Source of the DNA: Bugula neritina
Taxonomy: Eukaryota > Animalia > Bryozoa
Direction of reading: 5' to 3'
NCBI GenBank assembly: GCA_964035545.1
Contig: CAXIUT010000263.1
Location: 1 to 64,000 of the forward strand
Length of the DNA: 64,000 bases
Position numbers and translations under genes: made by a program. This document shows positions 1 to 12,491 of this stretch, piece after piece. The notes under the pieces were generated by a model. That model was not told the DNA's origin. It saw nothing but the letters and a program-made list of their open reading frames with translations, and did no database searches. The first letter of the stretch is position 1. Each line of letters opens with the position of its first letter.

Positions 1-75
1 CCCAACCCCAACCCCAACCCCAACCCCAACCCCAACCCCAACCCCAACCCCAACCCCAACCCCAACCCCAACCCC
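1..75 (+). repeat. Terminal telomere (CCCCAA)n, 75 nt, starting 5'-CCCAA
   Basis: Perfect C4A2 repeats at the window start; this is the oligohymenophorean telomere unit. Confidence 0.98.
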
Positions 76-129
76 GACAGATAAGCAAAATGGTCTTCAT
101 TGTTTATATTATATATTATCAAATATGAA

Positions 130-646
130 TCATATGTTTAGATTCTATTTTAACTCGTCAAGATTCAATCTCTAAGATATCATTCTGGTGTATTAGGTGC
201 CTTTGCAGAAATGAAGAATTAGGTAGAAGATGCCCAATACGAATAAAGAAAAGCCCATCACCCAGCCAAGAAGGGTGTCATTTGAACCACAAGAAAAGTA
301 GTAAAATACTTGCGATGATAAACTTAATAACTATATTTTGTACTATACACTGAAGATGCCTCGACCGAGTAAAGTCCTCAAAAACCCTACTTTTTATAAC
401 ACAAAATCTACTTTGACTTCTGTTGCTAGAAGCATAATTCCAAAAACACTGTTTTACTGATGAGTTACATCATGAAGATAGGAGAGAAGATGAGAAAGAA
501 TTTACCAGAAAAGATGCTATTGAATGCCATGAAGATGATACCAGTAACTCCAAAAACAATAATAGCTATTCTATCTTAATGGAGTAGTACGCGGAAAGGA
601 TATTGACCCATTTGATAGCTTTAAGGGCTTTTTAGCTATTTTACAT
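130..646 (-). CDS. COPI-associated (Tvp15-like) Golgi membrane protein
   Basis: With TAR=Glu and introns at 571-590, 449-468 and 323-343 it reads MENSEKALKAIKWVNILSAIAIIVFG...FGIMLLATEVK...VGFLRTLLGRGIFSVYL...NLNI*. It has 3-4 TM segments and the family motif GFL-x4-GRG-x-F. Confidence 0.85.
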
Positions 647-804
647 GATGTTTATTATTAATATAAGATTTTATGTAAAAAATCTAATGGATCATAAACA
701 ATTTGTTTTAATGTATTTAGTTGATTTGATTTTATTTATTGAGCATTAATTATTTTTTCTATAAGAAGGTAGGATGATAATAGAATATTAATATTATTTC
801 TTCT

Positions 805-2448
805 ATGAAAAGATCTAACATCAAAAAGCAATCAACCTTTAAACTACAAAACGCTCGTCTTAAGTTTCAAAACTACCTTGAATAGATTGAGAACTGCACA
901 GTTGCTAGAAAGTATCCTGACCTTTTAGAAGTATTGATCTCTTCATATAGAAAATCAAGACTACAAGTTAAACTCTCTATGACCTCTGCTACAACTTCAA
1001 ATAAGATTCTCCCTTTAGTCGAGGTCTAAACTATGATAACAGATACTTAGGTTTTTCAACCAATGATAATCAAATTCTATATCATGATTATTTAGGAAAT
1101 ATTCAAACAGCTTATCTTTTAGGTGATTTCAATGGTTTTCAAGGAGACAAGCATCAGTTATTGCCTGATGAAGAAATGGATAAGGGATGGTTCAAATGCT
1201 AATGGAATTTAAATGATTTTAGAATGGACTAGAATTCAAGAGTACAACTTAAAGTGATTGATAAAGAAGGAAAAGAATGGATAGTAATTCCTCCTAGTTG
1301 TAAAATAGTAGAGAATGGCTATGGTATTTATCGTAGTATCTCATTGAATCTTAAAAAAACAACTAAACATAAGTAATTATTGATATAAATTTAGAATTAG
1401 TCATTTACTATCTTATACTATTGATCTGCAACTGCTACCCTTAGACAAAGTTATCAGTTTTATTCAATAAGAATAAGATCTGCTTGAATGTTACAACACA
1501 ATAGTCTTAAAGAATCTATTTAAAAGCTAATCATTAGTTCATAAATTTAGTCTTACTTCAAAAGAAGCTGATTTGTTGTAGGAAGTGATTGAAAGGTTAT
1601 CAATATTAGGTCTAAAAGTAGCTTTATAATGGAATTTCAACTCAGTATAACTAAAAAACCCATCATTTGTTGAATCCATCTATGGACATCAAGAACCAAA
1701 AGGCTGGCAATATAATTTATCCTCTGATTAGACCATGGCTTTCTATCTATCTAATATTGCTCATTATTTTAAATAATTTGGAATAAGAGGATTGCATTTT
1801 ACTAGAGTGCATAACCTAGTCCAGGCATAGAATGGCATTCTTTTTACTAAAATGATTAACATGCTTTGTTAAAGACTCAATAACGATGCTATTACTCTTG
1901 CATCTAGTAGATAGTTTATACCTGGTTTGACTTAAAAAATACAAGAAGGAGGATTTGGGTTCAATTTTATTTATAATTTTCATTAAAGTTTGACTCTAGA
2001 ACAGCAACATTAAAGTCTATATGAAGTTATCAAACAAATTCAAGCTACTTCTAACTGCATATCGTTGCAATTCGATAAAGTACAACCTTGTGATTACATC
2101 TATCTGTTGTTTTCATGTCTGATAGCAAAAACGGGTATCTTTACTCGTGGTCCTATCTCTTCTATTCGTAAGTAACTCAAAAAGATATTGAAATTGAGAA
2201 AGCAAGAATAGCTATTCAACTAGTAGCCACATATGATAAAAATCAATAACCAATGTGTGGTGATATCGAGGGGAAAGACAACTATTTTATTTAATTTTTC
2301 AAAAGAATAAACAGTAGTTAGTGGAGATTATGATAAGATGGACTTAGTTTTCAGTGATATTGAAGAATAAATAAAAATATAAGCAAATAAAATTGCTATC
2401 AGTGGATTCAATTGTCTTATCTTTGAACCCAAAGATACTGAAGAGTGA
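805..2448 (+). CDS. 1,4-alpha-glucan branching enzyme-like protein (CBM48 + GH13), catalytically degenerate
   Basis: Contains AYLLGDFNGF (CBM48), FYLSNIAHYFKEFGIRGLHFTRV (cf. [23 protein letters not shown]) and ITLASSREFIPGLTEKIQEGGFGFNF (cf. [26 protein letters not shown]). A 20-nt intron lies at 931-950. Confidence 0.8.
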
Positions 2449-2479
2449 TCTTCTTCATCTATAATTACTTCTATCATTA

Positions 2480-5183
2480 TCTTTATTATTATCTTTTATT
2501 ATTATTAATCTCTTTAGTATAGACATAGTTATTTAAGATAGTTTGAAGACAAAAGAACGAGGTAGTATCTTCTTGAATAATATTCTCATAAAGTAATATA
2601 ATTAATATTTTTAAATATAATGAATATAATAGATAAGATATGATCAGAGTCCAGATATTTTATTGACAAGATATTTCCAATGTTTACAAAAAGATTCCTA
2701 GCATTCTTTATGCAATCTATTAATTCTAGTAACTAGTTTTCTTAACTACAAATAATCGATATTATTCTCTTCAGTCTGATATATTTTCCACTCAGCAGAA
2801 TCTGATAGATAGATAGAACTATAGGGATATCTTATAAAATTACAAACTTTTCTATAATTATTTTTATCTTTTTTTAAATTAGACAGTGTCTCAAAAAATA
2901 TATTTATTACAAAAGTACTATTTTATGATTATTCAACAGACAATTCTTAAATCCTTTGCTTATTTCTATTACTAGTAGTAGTTGTCATATTTTTACTGTT
3001 AGTAGCAGTTGTCATATTTTTACTGTTAGTAGTAGTTGTCATATTTTTGATACTAAAAAGACTGAAATATTTTTTTTGTTTACTAGCTAATGATAAATTT
3101 AGATATTAATAATTTTTGGCATTTTATTAACTAATAAATATTTCTTATAGATCTTTTTGCTAAAATAATATATTTGGTTTAGTTTTTATTGCTTTTTAGC
3201 AAGATGGCATTCTATTTTAATTTATAATTATGTCTTGTTTTTATTGTTAGTTATTATGAGATATTTGATTGATATTCTTTTTAGATTGTTTGATATTAGT
3301 TTTAGAATTTTTATGTTATTTTGATATTCTTATTTGTTTTTAGTTATATTATTTATCTACACTTTGTATTGTCTTTTTAGATATTTACTGTCTAAAATAT
3401 GAAGGCACACTATAATCACTTTTTCTTTTAACATCCTCTTGTTTTATAAGAATCAAAGACTACTTCTTTTTCTAATTTCTAATTTATTATTTTACCTAAA
3501 ATGAATTTTATTTAGGTATAAAAGAAGTCGATAGGTGATTTCTATTTAATTTAGGATTTGTCTTACTTCGATAAACAACCTCATTTTTATTATTTCTATT
3601 ATTTTATTTAGATATCTGTTGACTGGTATCTACTGAATAAGGATTAGTTATTTTTATCAACTATATTTATTATTTTTATTATTCTGACTATGATTATTAT
3701 TCTTCGATATGATTTATCTATTTAGGTTGAATCAGTTTTTATATTATTTTTGTTTATTTTATTGTTTTTGGTTTATTTTATTAAAGATAGAATGAAAATG
3801 AACATATATTAGAAGTGATATTAAGGTTATTTTTTGTTTTTTATCCTTAGAATTTGACTTTTGTTTTTATTAGATTTGTTTTTGGTATTTTTATTCTTGA
3901 TTTCTGGAGAGGACTCTTCTCAAATGAATCTATATTTAGTAATCTATCAGAATCTATTGAATAATGGGATTTTAGTTCTGATAAATTTTACACTGATGCC
4001 AGTAATATCTACTCACGATTAACATCCATTCTACCCAACTATCTCTTATGTTTTTATATTAGATGTTTTTTTTAATTTATCATTGCAGATAGCTTATTTT
4101 ATAGTGTTATTTTTTATGCAGTTAGGTAGCTTTTAACTGTTTAGAATTATTAGTTTTTTTATTTGATATAGTTATTTAGAGATTTGTTTTACTCCTAAAG
4201 ACTTTTTATTTATAGTTTTAATCGTTTCAATTGATCGTTTTGAGACTTTTTATAATGTTATTTTCTTTTTCTTTGTTCTGGAGTCTAAAAGTCTTATTCT
4301 GATACTTGAGTCTATTAATAAACCATATTATTCTTCTTCTTATTTTAATATTAAAGTATATGATTACTAAATATTTAATTTAGTTTTTATTTGGCCTTTT
4401 CTATCTTATTCAAACTTTCTTCTTCTATCTTTTATTTAAGTTTAGTAAAGGCTTAAGCCTATGGGATAGACTATCTATTTTGACTTTGACCGCTTTGTAA
4501 TAAATTAAGAAAGTTATTGATATGCTATCCTCTTCGATAAAGAAGAGCTACAGCTTAGGTAACAACTGCTTAACTTTGTGAACTCTATATGTTTTACAAT
4601 TTTTATTTCTTTTTATAAATTTTCTTAATAAATAAAAAGTTACTTATAGAGTATTTTAGCTTTATTATATATTTTTTTTATGTTATTGTTCTAGACGTTT
4701 GACTTCGTTCGTTAAATCTTTATAGATATGGTTGGCATTTTATCTAATTCTAATGTTTTATTTTTCTTTGAACTAGGCTATTTTTTTGAAATCAGGATTA
4801 ATAAGAGTAAACCTTTGAAGAGGTTTTCTTTATTCAGGTCCTTTTTTAAGCATTCCTCTAATGAGAAATCTGATAACGTTCATTAATTGAAAAAATATTT
4901 TAACTATGCACATACCAAATTATGGAACCTCAACAAACTAACATGAATCATTGATCTCTAAAATAATCAATCAATTACATAAAATAAGAACCTCATAAGA
5001 ATCTAGTAGGTTCTTCGATAACTTAAATATAAGTTAAGAATTAGTGAACACATCTTCTGTAAAGCTATCTTGAAATGTGGTTTCTAATTTTCTAGTTGTT
5101 TCCAAAGCATTGATTGAAAAGTATTTGAAGTAGTCAAGATATGCTCCTTCTTTTGCTTGATGTACTTTCTTTTGATTAAACAT
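2480..5183 (-). CDS. Large Glu/Lys-rich coiled-coil protein (3' end approximate)
   Basis: Long minus-strand frame that is open under TAR=Glu from an ATG at 5183 (MFNQKESTSSKRRSISDYFK-like start, with intron(s)). Heptad-like E/K composition. Confidence 0.55.
2973..3048. repeat. 27-bp tandem repeat x~3 inside the CDS (encodes KNMTTxTNS)
   Basis: The unit tagtagYagttgtcatatttttactgt is repeated in frame. Confidence 0.85.
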
Positions 5184-5315
5184 TCTACTTATACCCTATA
5201 TATATTCTATATGTATTCTATTCTAATTTTCTAAACTAATTTAAATTATTTCTTCTACTATAATTTAATCGATATATTCTAATCTAATTTAAACGATATA
5301 TTCTACTATAATTCA

Positions 5316-5390
5316 GGGGTTGGGGTTGGGGTTGGGGTTGGGGTTGGGGTTGGGGTTGGGGTTGGGGTTGGGGTTGGGGTTGGGGTTGGG
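5316..5390 (+). repeat. Internal telomere tract (GGGGTT)12GGG, 75 nt
   Basis: Perfect G4T2 repeats ending TTGGG; mirror image of the 1-75 tract. Confidence 0.97.
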
Positions 5391-6990
5391 ATTCTTTTTT
5401 CTACGGATCGTCTGGCAATATAACATGTCCTCATAAAACATCATCAACGTATGTTATTTTTTATTTAGTTGGGTCGATATTGAGGAACGTAATTATTTGG
5501 CTTCAGTTAATTATCAGTTAGTGGTAATCAATAGATTAATATTAGAATTAGATCAATTAGACTTAGTCATAAAAACATTTTTATCGAACTAAACTTAATC
5601 AATAATTCAGATCTCATCATGGATAGCTAGAATAAGCATTTAAGATAATATCATAAAAATCATCAGAGATAATATCTTTGCAAGAGCAACTTGATATTAG
5701 TCATAAAGATCTTAGATCAGCTGCTGATGACTATATAGCTTTAAAAAGAAACAGTTAAACTGAAATATAAACTATTAATAACTAACTTATCAATAGCAAG
5801 ATAACATTTGAGGAGAAGTTAAAGAAGATGGAATAATAATTTTAACTTAAATGTTAATTAAAAATAAAGAAAAGAGTACAAGAAGTTTAAAACTAATGTT
5901 AGGACAGAATTAAATTATTCAAAAATCAAATATAAGTCCTAACATAAAATTCTAAAAGACTAACTCATTAACTATCAATGCTTCAATAAGACTACAGACA
6001 GATGTTATTAAAAAATGATACTATAATTCAATAAAGTATTCAAAGGTAACTCAGAAAAAGAGACTTCTAAGCTCAAAATAATTATCTCAGAGATCTGGCT
6101 CAGTATTAAACAATCAAAAAAGATAAAAATCAACTTAAGTAACAATTAGAAGAACAAAACTAAAGAAATAAATAATTGTAATCAAATAGTAAAGTATTAA
6201 CAACTAAAATATAAATAAATCAACAAAGAATTAGAGATCTTTAGTAGGCTTTATAAAATCATAAATAAAACAATACTGTCAAGTTATTTGAGAAATATCC
6301 ATAAAAGTTATAAGTTTAAACTAATACAGATAAACAATATGTACCTATTGCTATGCCAATTGATCTCAATCTCATGAGTTAGGTATCTAGTTTAAGAGAG
6401 TTTGTAGTTTAAAAATTAATGACTCGTTTTTTAGACTTTTTTTAGAGAGCAGCTGGGAAGTAAAAGAAGACATCTCGTTCTCTTATAGTGTTTAATAACT
6501 GTTTAAATGAGTTGAAGAAAGATTGTTCTGATCTTAAAATTTTATTATTTATTCAAGGTAGTCTCGAAAAGATAGTAAAAATATATTGTCCTTAGTTGAA
6601 TAATTATTCTAAATAGTTTTTAACAGTAAAAGATTAGTTTGTTCGTAAGACGTTAATGTAATGTTAAACAATATCAAATGTATTATTATATTTATTTAGC
6701 CTTCTCAAAGATTGTATAGGTTGTTGGAGTTGGTTTTCAGAATAAAAAGTCCATTAAATCATTTGAAGTGTTAGCTAAGTGCAGGGGAGTTGAAGTTGTT
6801 GGAAATAAAGTTGTTGATTTGCTTGAAAAAGAACTTTTCTTGATATATGATCATTATATTGAATAATAATAAATTTATTTTATGGAAATTAGTGTTTTAA
6901 TTATGTTATTATTATATTTTGAGTCTTACATTTGGTAATAAAATATACACCAGTAAAGATATTTAATTAATTTCGAGCTTATTAAATGAT
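5391..6990 (+). CDS. 5'-truncated coiled-coil protein (3' end approximate)
   Basis: The reading frame is already open at the telomere junction (DSFFYGSSGNITCPHKTSSTWVDIEERNYLASVNYQLV...). Introns lie at 5449-5468 and ~5524-5545, followed by a long coiled coil. No in-frame start precedes it. Confidence 0.6.
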
Positions 6991-7099
6991 AAACAATACT
7001 ATTTTAATAATATAAGTGACATAAAACATAATACAAGTAACATAAAGCATAATATATAATTACAGTTTAATTTTAATGCTATTTATAATATAAAGCAGA

Positions 7100-8236
7100 C
7101 AGATTTCTTACATCTTAGCTATATTAAATTAAAATTGATATAAAAGAATAATGCGACAATAGAATTCTCAGTTTTATTTGGATCTTTGTCCTGTTTGCCA
7201 AGTAGTAGATCAAAGGCTTTATTCAGTTGCTAAATGTTCTCATAGATTTTGTCTTAATTGTTCTATTCAATACATCTAATCTCAAGCCAGCAATTTTTCT
7301 TAAGCTAAATGTCTTCGATAAAAGTGTGGAATATCTCTTGATAAATCTCTTCCTATCTATGAATTCTTGAATCCTAACACTAAACATGAACTAATACAAT
7401 TTTAAACTTACATTTTCCTTCAAAAAAATCATTAATATTCAAGTTGCAAACAAAAAGATTGCTAAGGAATATTCAAAAGAAAGAATGGTAAATGTAATAA
7501 ATGCAATACTATTCATTGCAAAAAATGTCTAAATAAAAATCACGAAGGCAAATGCATTTAGACTAAATAATAGAAATAGATGAAATAACTTAGATACCAA
7601 AGATGTCCTTAGTGTAGGGTATGGGTGTAGAAGACAGCTGGTTGTCCGTACATAAGTTGTAAATGTGGGATAGATTTTTGTTATCGATGTGGTAATTAAT
7701 TTTCTAAAGATCCTTGCAGAAAAGGATAAATATGGGATTAATAAGTAAAAATAAGAATGCTTTATCACTAGCTAAATATCAATCACTAAATCAATACTGT
7801 TTTATATTGGCTGCTATTTCTACCAAGAATTACTTTGTTAGTTATCATTGTTTTATTTATGACTATCACTTTTAGCATTGTGTCAATAATATCAACTGTT
7901 ATACTGTATATCAGTGTGATTCTTGTAGGGCCGATGACTTTTATTTGCTATTTAGATTAATAATAATAAAATTAACAAAATTAATTTAATTGCTGTTGGC
8001 TAAAATATCTGTCTATTCTATTGTATCCTTTTATATGTGTTTTTATCGCTTTGGGATGTGTGGTATGGATTTTGCTTTATCCTTGTTGCAGAAGATAAAA
8101 TCATCATGGAGTCTATGACTAACTTGATAAAGTTATTGCAATGATCGCCTAATGCTATCTCAGTATTGTACTTCAAATAGTTAAATGTTTATGGTGCCTT
8201 TAATGATTCAAGTATTCTTATCAATATTGTCTTCAT
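7100..8236 (-). CDS. Hypothetical protein (3' end uncertain)
   Basis: Open frame from the ATG at 8236 (MKTILIRILESLKAPETFNYLKYNTEIALGDHCNNF...). No family recognised. Confidence 0.5.
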
Positions 8237-8435
8237 TTTTATTAGATTTTTATTCATAATTATAATGTTATAATAAAACTGTTATTCCATTATGTTTCAT
8301 ATAAATATTTTATAATTGTAATAGATAACTATTAAGATCGAGTTCTTTGCATTTATATAATTTTAAAGTTAGCTTTCATTTAATAATGAAAAAATGATAG
8401 GAAGTTTATTTGGTTATATTCACTTTTATATTTAA

Positions 8436-10077
8436 ATGAATTCATTTAGCTAGAGATCAATAACATCGAATATTAAGCAGAGCTATCTCTAATCATCTCT
8501 TAAAGATGGCTATCTAAAGGTTCCAGATCATTTGAAATGTCCTCAAGGTAATAAGATAGAAAGATTATGTACTGATAAATCATGTCCCCGTTCTCTTATT
8601 TGCACCAATTATGACTGCAAAGGATGCTAATAATATTCACAATCAGTTGATTCTAGTCCTTTAGCTGGTCTAACTAAAAAACTTAACATCATTATGGATA
8701 ATAATAAACATTTTATTTCTTAAACTTTAAAAGTAGATAATAATTTTGAATAAACTTTCAAAAAAGATCAAGAATAATTTGCTAAAAGCAGTTCTTTTAA
8801 TGGACTGTAATAAAAAGATAAAAAAATAATCAAAGAAATATTTACAAATCAGAATGAAAGATGTCTCAATGGAAAAGAAGCTAAATAATTTATCACTAGA
8901 ACTTACACTCTTAGCAAAATAAATAAAAATCTTAAGAGTCAATCTAGCTATTAAACAGATATTAAAAGTAAATGTAAAGGTATAGTTATGATATTAAAAA
9001 ATGTAGATAGCAACTATTTAATCAACTTTTAAGAGGAATCAATAAATAACAGTAGAATAATCATAGTTCGCAGTATATTAGCTATAAATAAAGGTAAAAT
9101 GGTTCGAGATATATCAAGTCTAATTCCTACATAAGCAACAAGTCACAAAAAAAATCATAAAAATTAATATAAGTTCAAAGGAGTTAACTATTTCCATAAG
9201 TATTGGTACAAAAACCAATAGTCTAATAAAGTCGTCATCGTTCTAATCATTCTCATCATTCTCATAATAAACATCAAAGCAAATCTAAAAATTAAATAAA
9301 CATGAAAATAAACATGAGAATAAACATGAAAATAAACATGAAAATAAACATGAGAATAAACATGAAAATAAACATGAAAATAAACATGAGAATAAACATG
9401 AAAATAAACATGATAATAAACATGAGAATAAACATGAAAATAAACATGATAATAAACATGAGAATAGACCTCATAAAAAAGTGTTCCCTAAAATAAACTC
9501 TGTAATTATTGAGAAATAAGAGCAAATATCTTTTTTAATGGACTCTCTTCATGAACCAATCGAACTGGAATTACTCTATAGAGGTTCATAGAATAAATTC
9601 AGTGTAGATTCTTTCCACAAGAAATGCGACAATATCTAGCACACTCTAACTCTCATCAAAACTGAGTTCGGAAAGACAATAGGAGGCTACTCTAAATATA
9701 AATGGAACTAAGTCTAAAATGACAATGTAAAAGATGCTAAAAAGTAAGCTTTTATATTTTCACTAGATTTGAAACAGAAAATGGTCTGTCAAAATGAGGA
9801 AGGAGCAGATCTGATTAGATGTTATCGCAATTGTGGTCCAACGTTTGGAGGAGGACCTGATCTTCACGTAGGAGATGAGTGTAATATAAATAAAAAATCA
9901 TTTTCTCATTTTCCTTTAACTTATAATTGCTAAGGTGCTAACAAGTATGTGAATAATCAAGAGAGTTATAAAATGTTCAGTGGTGCTACCAATGGATTTA
10001 ACTTCAAAGTCGAAGAATATGAAGTCTTTAAAGTTAATTATAATTAAAAATAAGAAAAATAGTGTCAAATATATTGA
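8436..10077 (+). CDS. TLDc-domain protein with N-terminal Cys cluster and (NKHE)n repeat
   Basis: C-terminal motifs LELLYRGSENKFSVDSFHKKCDN, TLIKTEFGKTIGGYS, AFIFSL, GPTFGGGPDL and FKVEEYEVFKV. The internal intron or frame change is not resolved. Confidence 0.85.
9295..9465 (+). repeat. 12-bp minisatellite (AATAAACATGAD) x~14, encoding NKHE/NKHD
   Basis: Directly visible, and in frame with the downstream TLDc domain. Confidence 0.95.
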
Positions 10078-10298
10078 TCTTCTTCATTATTATCATGTAT
10101 CCATAATATCAATTAAGAAATTGATTGTATTAATTTTTAATTTTAACCAAATATGAAATTAAGGTTCTAAAGGATGTTAAAAATATAATTATGGCTATTT
10201 TTGTTTATTTATTTTAGATTTTTTATTATAAATAGATAGGTATCTACCTATTTCTCAGCTGAAATTATTTACCTTTATATTTTATAACTTCCAATCCA

Positions 10299-12408
10299 AT
10301 GAATCGCTCTTAAGATATCTCTCAAAACCCCTTTAAAAAGAAAACCACTACATGTTGCTACTAAAAAAAGTAACCTATCCTTCCATTGGGAAATTCTCTT
10401 CGTAAAAATACTTCTATACTTAGTCTTCCCCAAAAGCATTGAGCAAGTGAGATCATCAAAAAAGGTACCAAGGCATTAACTATAAAAACTAAAGCAACAA
10501 TTCAACCATAATCAAGGATGGTTCATAGATAAAAATGATGATTTCAGGGCAGTGGAAGAGTAAGAAAATAAGCATCACTATGTTTTGAAGAAATTACAAA
10601 AAAGCGGATACGATATCTAGTAGATGGATAGAAAATACAAAGGAACCAATCGAAAATGGACAGATCCTGATTTTAACTACTAAGATCTCAAACTAAGTGG
10701 AACTTCAGTCGAATGGAAAAGACCATAAGAAATATTAAGCAAACCTGACCTCTTTCCCTAACAACTCTAGCCAAACAATGTAGTACAAGGATGGCTAAAC
10801 AATTGTTATTTCCTTTCGGCACTGGCCTGTCTGACAGAAAGACCACATAGAATATACGATTTATTTCGTACTAGGTAGTACAATCCAAATGGATACTACA
10901 TCTGCAAGTTGACTTTCAATGGAATATATCAATAAGTTATCGTTGATGACCTTTTTCCTGTTTATAATGGAAAAACGCCAGTCTATGCCAAAGCAATCGA
11001 ACAGAAGTATATATGGGTGATGATTGTTTAAAAATGTTGGGCTAAGTTATTGAAAGGATACTCCAATACCAATTGTATTTATGTGATAAGATAGATGGGT
11101 ATACTTCATAGGCTTTTCAGGCTTTAACTGGTGCCCCTACCACCTTCTACATGGTGTCGTCGTTTAGGACTCTCTCAGATATGTACTGCTATAATCTTTT
11201 TCAACTGCTTAAATAGTATGACTAGAAGCACTATGTTGCTGAAGCCAGCATAAACAGATTTTAGAGAGTAGATCGAAATAACTTGTGGTAAAACAGGTAT
11301 GGACTTCCCACGGGTCATGCGTATTCGATGGTATGAATGGATATAGTTAGTTGGGGGCGTATGAGGCGAAACTACTCAATGGAAATATTGTGTATTTACT
11401 GCAGATAAGAAATCCTTGGGGCAATCAGGATTCTAAGTTGGTGTGGAATGATAAAGATCCAAAATGGAAGCAGATATCTTCATAATAAAAATAAAGAATG
11501 CTGTTTAACTATAATACTGGTTCTAATGACGGTGTCTTTTATTTGGACTGGAGAGATTTTGTCACTAAATTTGACTATCTTTTCTCGATTTGCTAAATCA
11601 ACGATAACAGCCACTACACCTATGCCAATATCGAAGTCAAATTCGGAACAGTCAAATATTTGGAGGTGCGAACCGACGGATAACCTTAGGATTTGGGGAT
11701 TACGATTGCACAAGAAATGCAGCAACATTTTAGAGAGGATAAAGATATTTTTTATTGTGATTTGAGTGTTATTGTTTGTAGGATGGAATAAAATCGAAAT
11801 GGAGAGAAGATGTTTTAGTATTTTGGGGCAGACAGTTACTATAATACTAAAATTGATAACTATTTTACTTTGCCTATGAGAAAATTTCCAAAAGGAAGGT
11901 ATATAATAAGGTTGTATGTATCTAAGGCATAAAACTAGCATGCAGTGATACCGATGGTTGTTGGACTGTATTCTCCTGCGACTATTGGTTTGAGGTAGGA
12001 TAGAACTATCGATGATGAATAGTTTCTAGAAAAAACATGTCTTTCAAGATCAAAAAACAATTCTAAAAAGTAACTAGTGATGAACGATCGCTAGAGTTGG
12101 ATAAGTAAAGAGGTACTTCCTCAAACCAACATGGGCTACTATGTTTTTCATTTTGGCAATAGATCGCTAGCCAACAGCTATCGAATAGTGTTCGATGAGA
12201 GGTATTTTTATTTAGATTTAGATAAAACAAGGATATTTATTTTTTGTATGAGCGAAATAAATATTTTGAGGAGAGTTGTGAGAAAGGATATGAAATGGTT
12301 GTGGTATATGCCTTTGAACTTCAGCCTTATATGAAGAGATACAGGATCTATAATCATAGATTTACTTCTATCTTCAAGTTGCCTGATCCCCGCGTCATTG
12401 CTTCATGA
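10299..12408 (+). CDS. Calpain-family cysteine protease (CysPc)
   Basis: Catalytic triad motifs QGWLNNCYFLSAL, GLPTGHAYSM and IRNPWG; also WVMIVEKCWAK and EAFQALTGAP. 20-nt introns at 11075-11094 and 11331-11350. Confidence 0.93.
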
Positions 12409-12491
12409 TATCATGATTATCATGTTATTCAATTGATTATTATTAAATAAAATTATTTACTAGTTTTTTAATAATTAAATATCAGATAAAA

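Noticed and set aside
5270-5315. Conserved chromosome-breakage motif next to the telomere addition sites
   Set aside because: Comparing the ~45 nt adjacent to the four telomeres (76-120 reversed, 5270-5315, 34150-34196, 46490-46532) showed no shared motif at a fixed distance.
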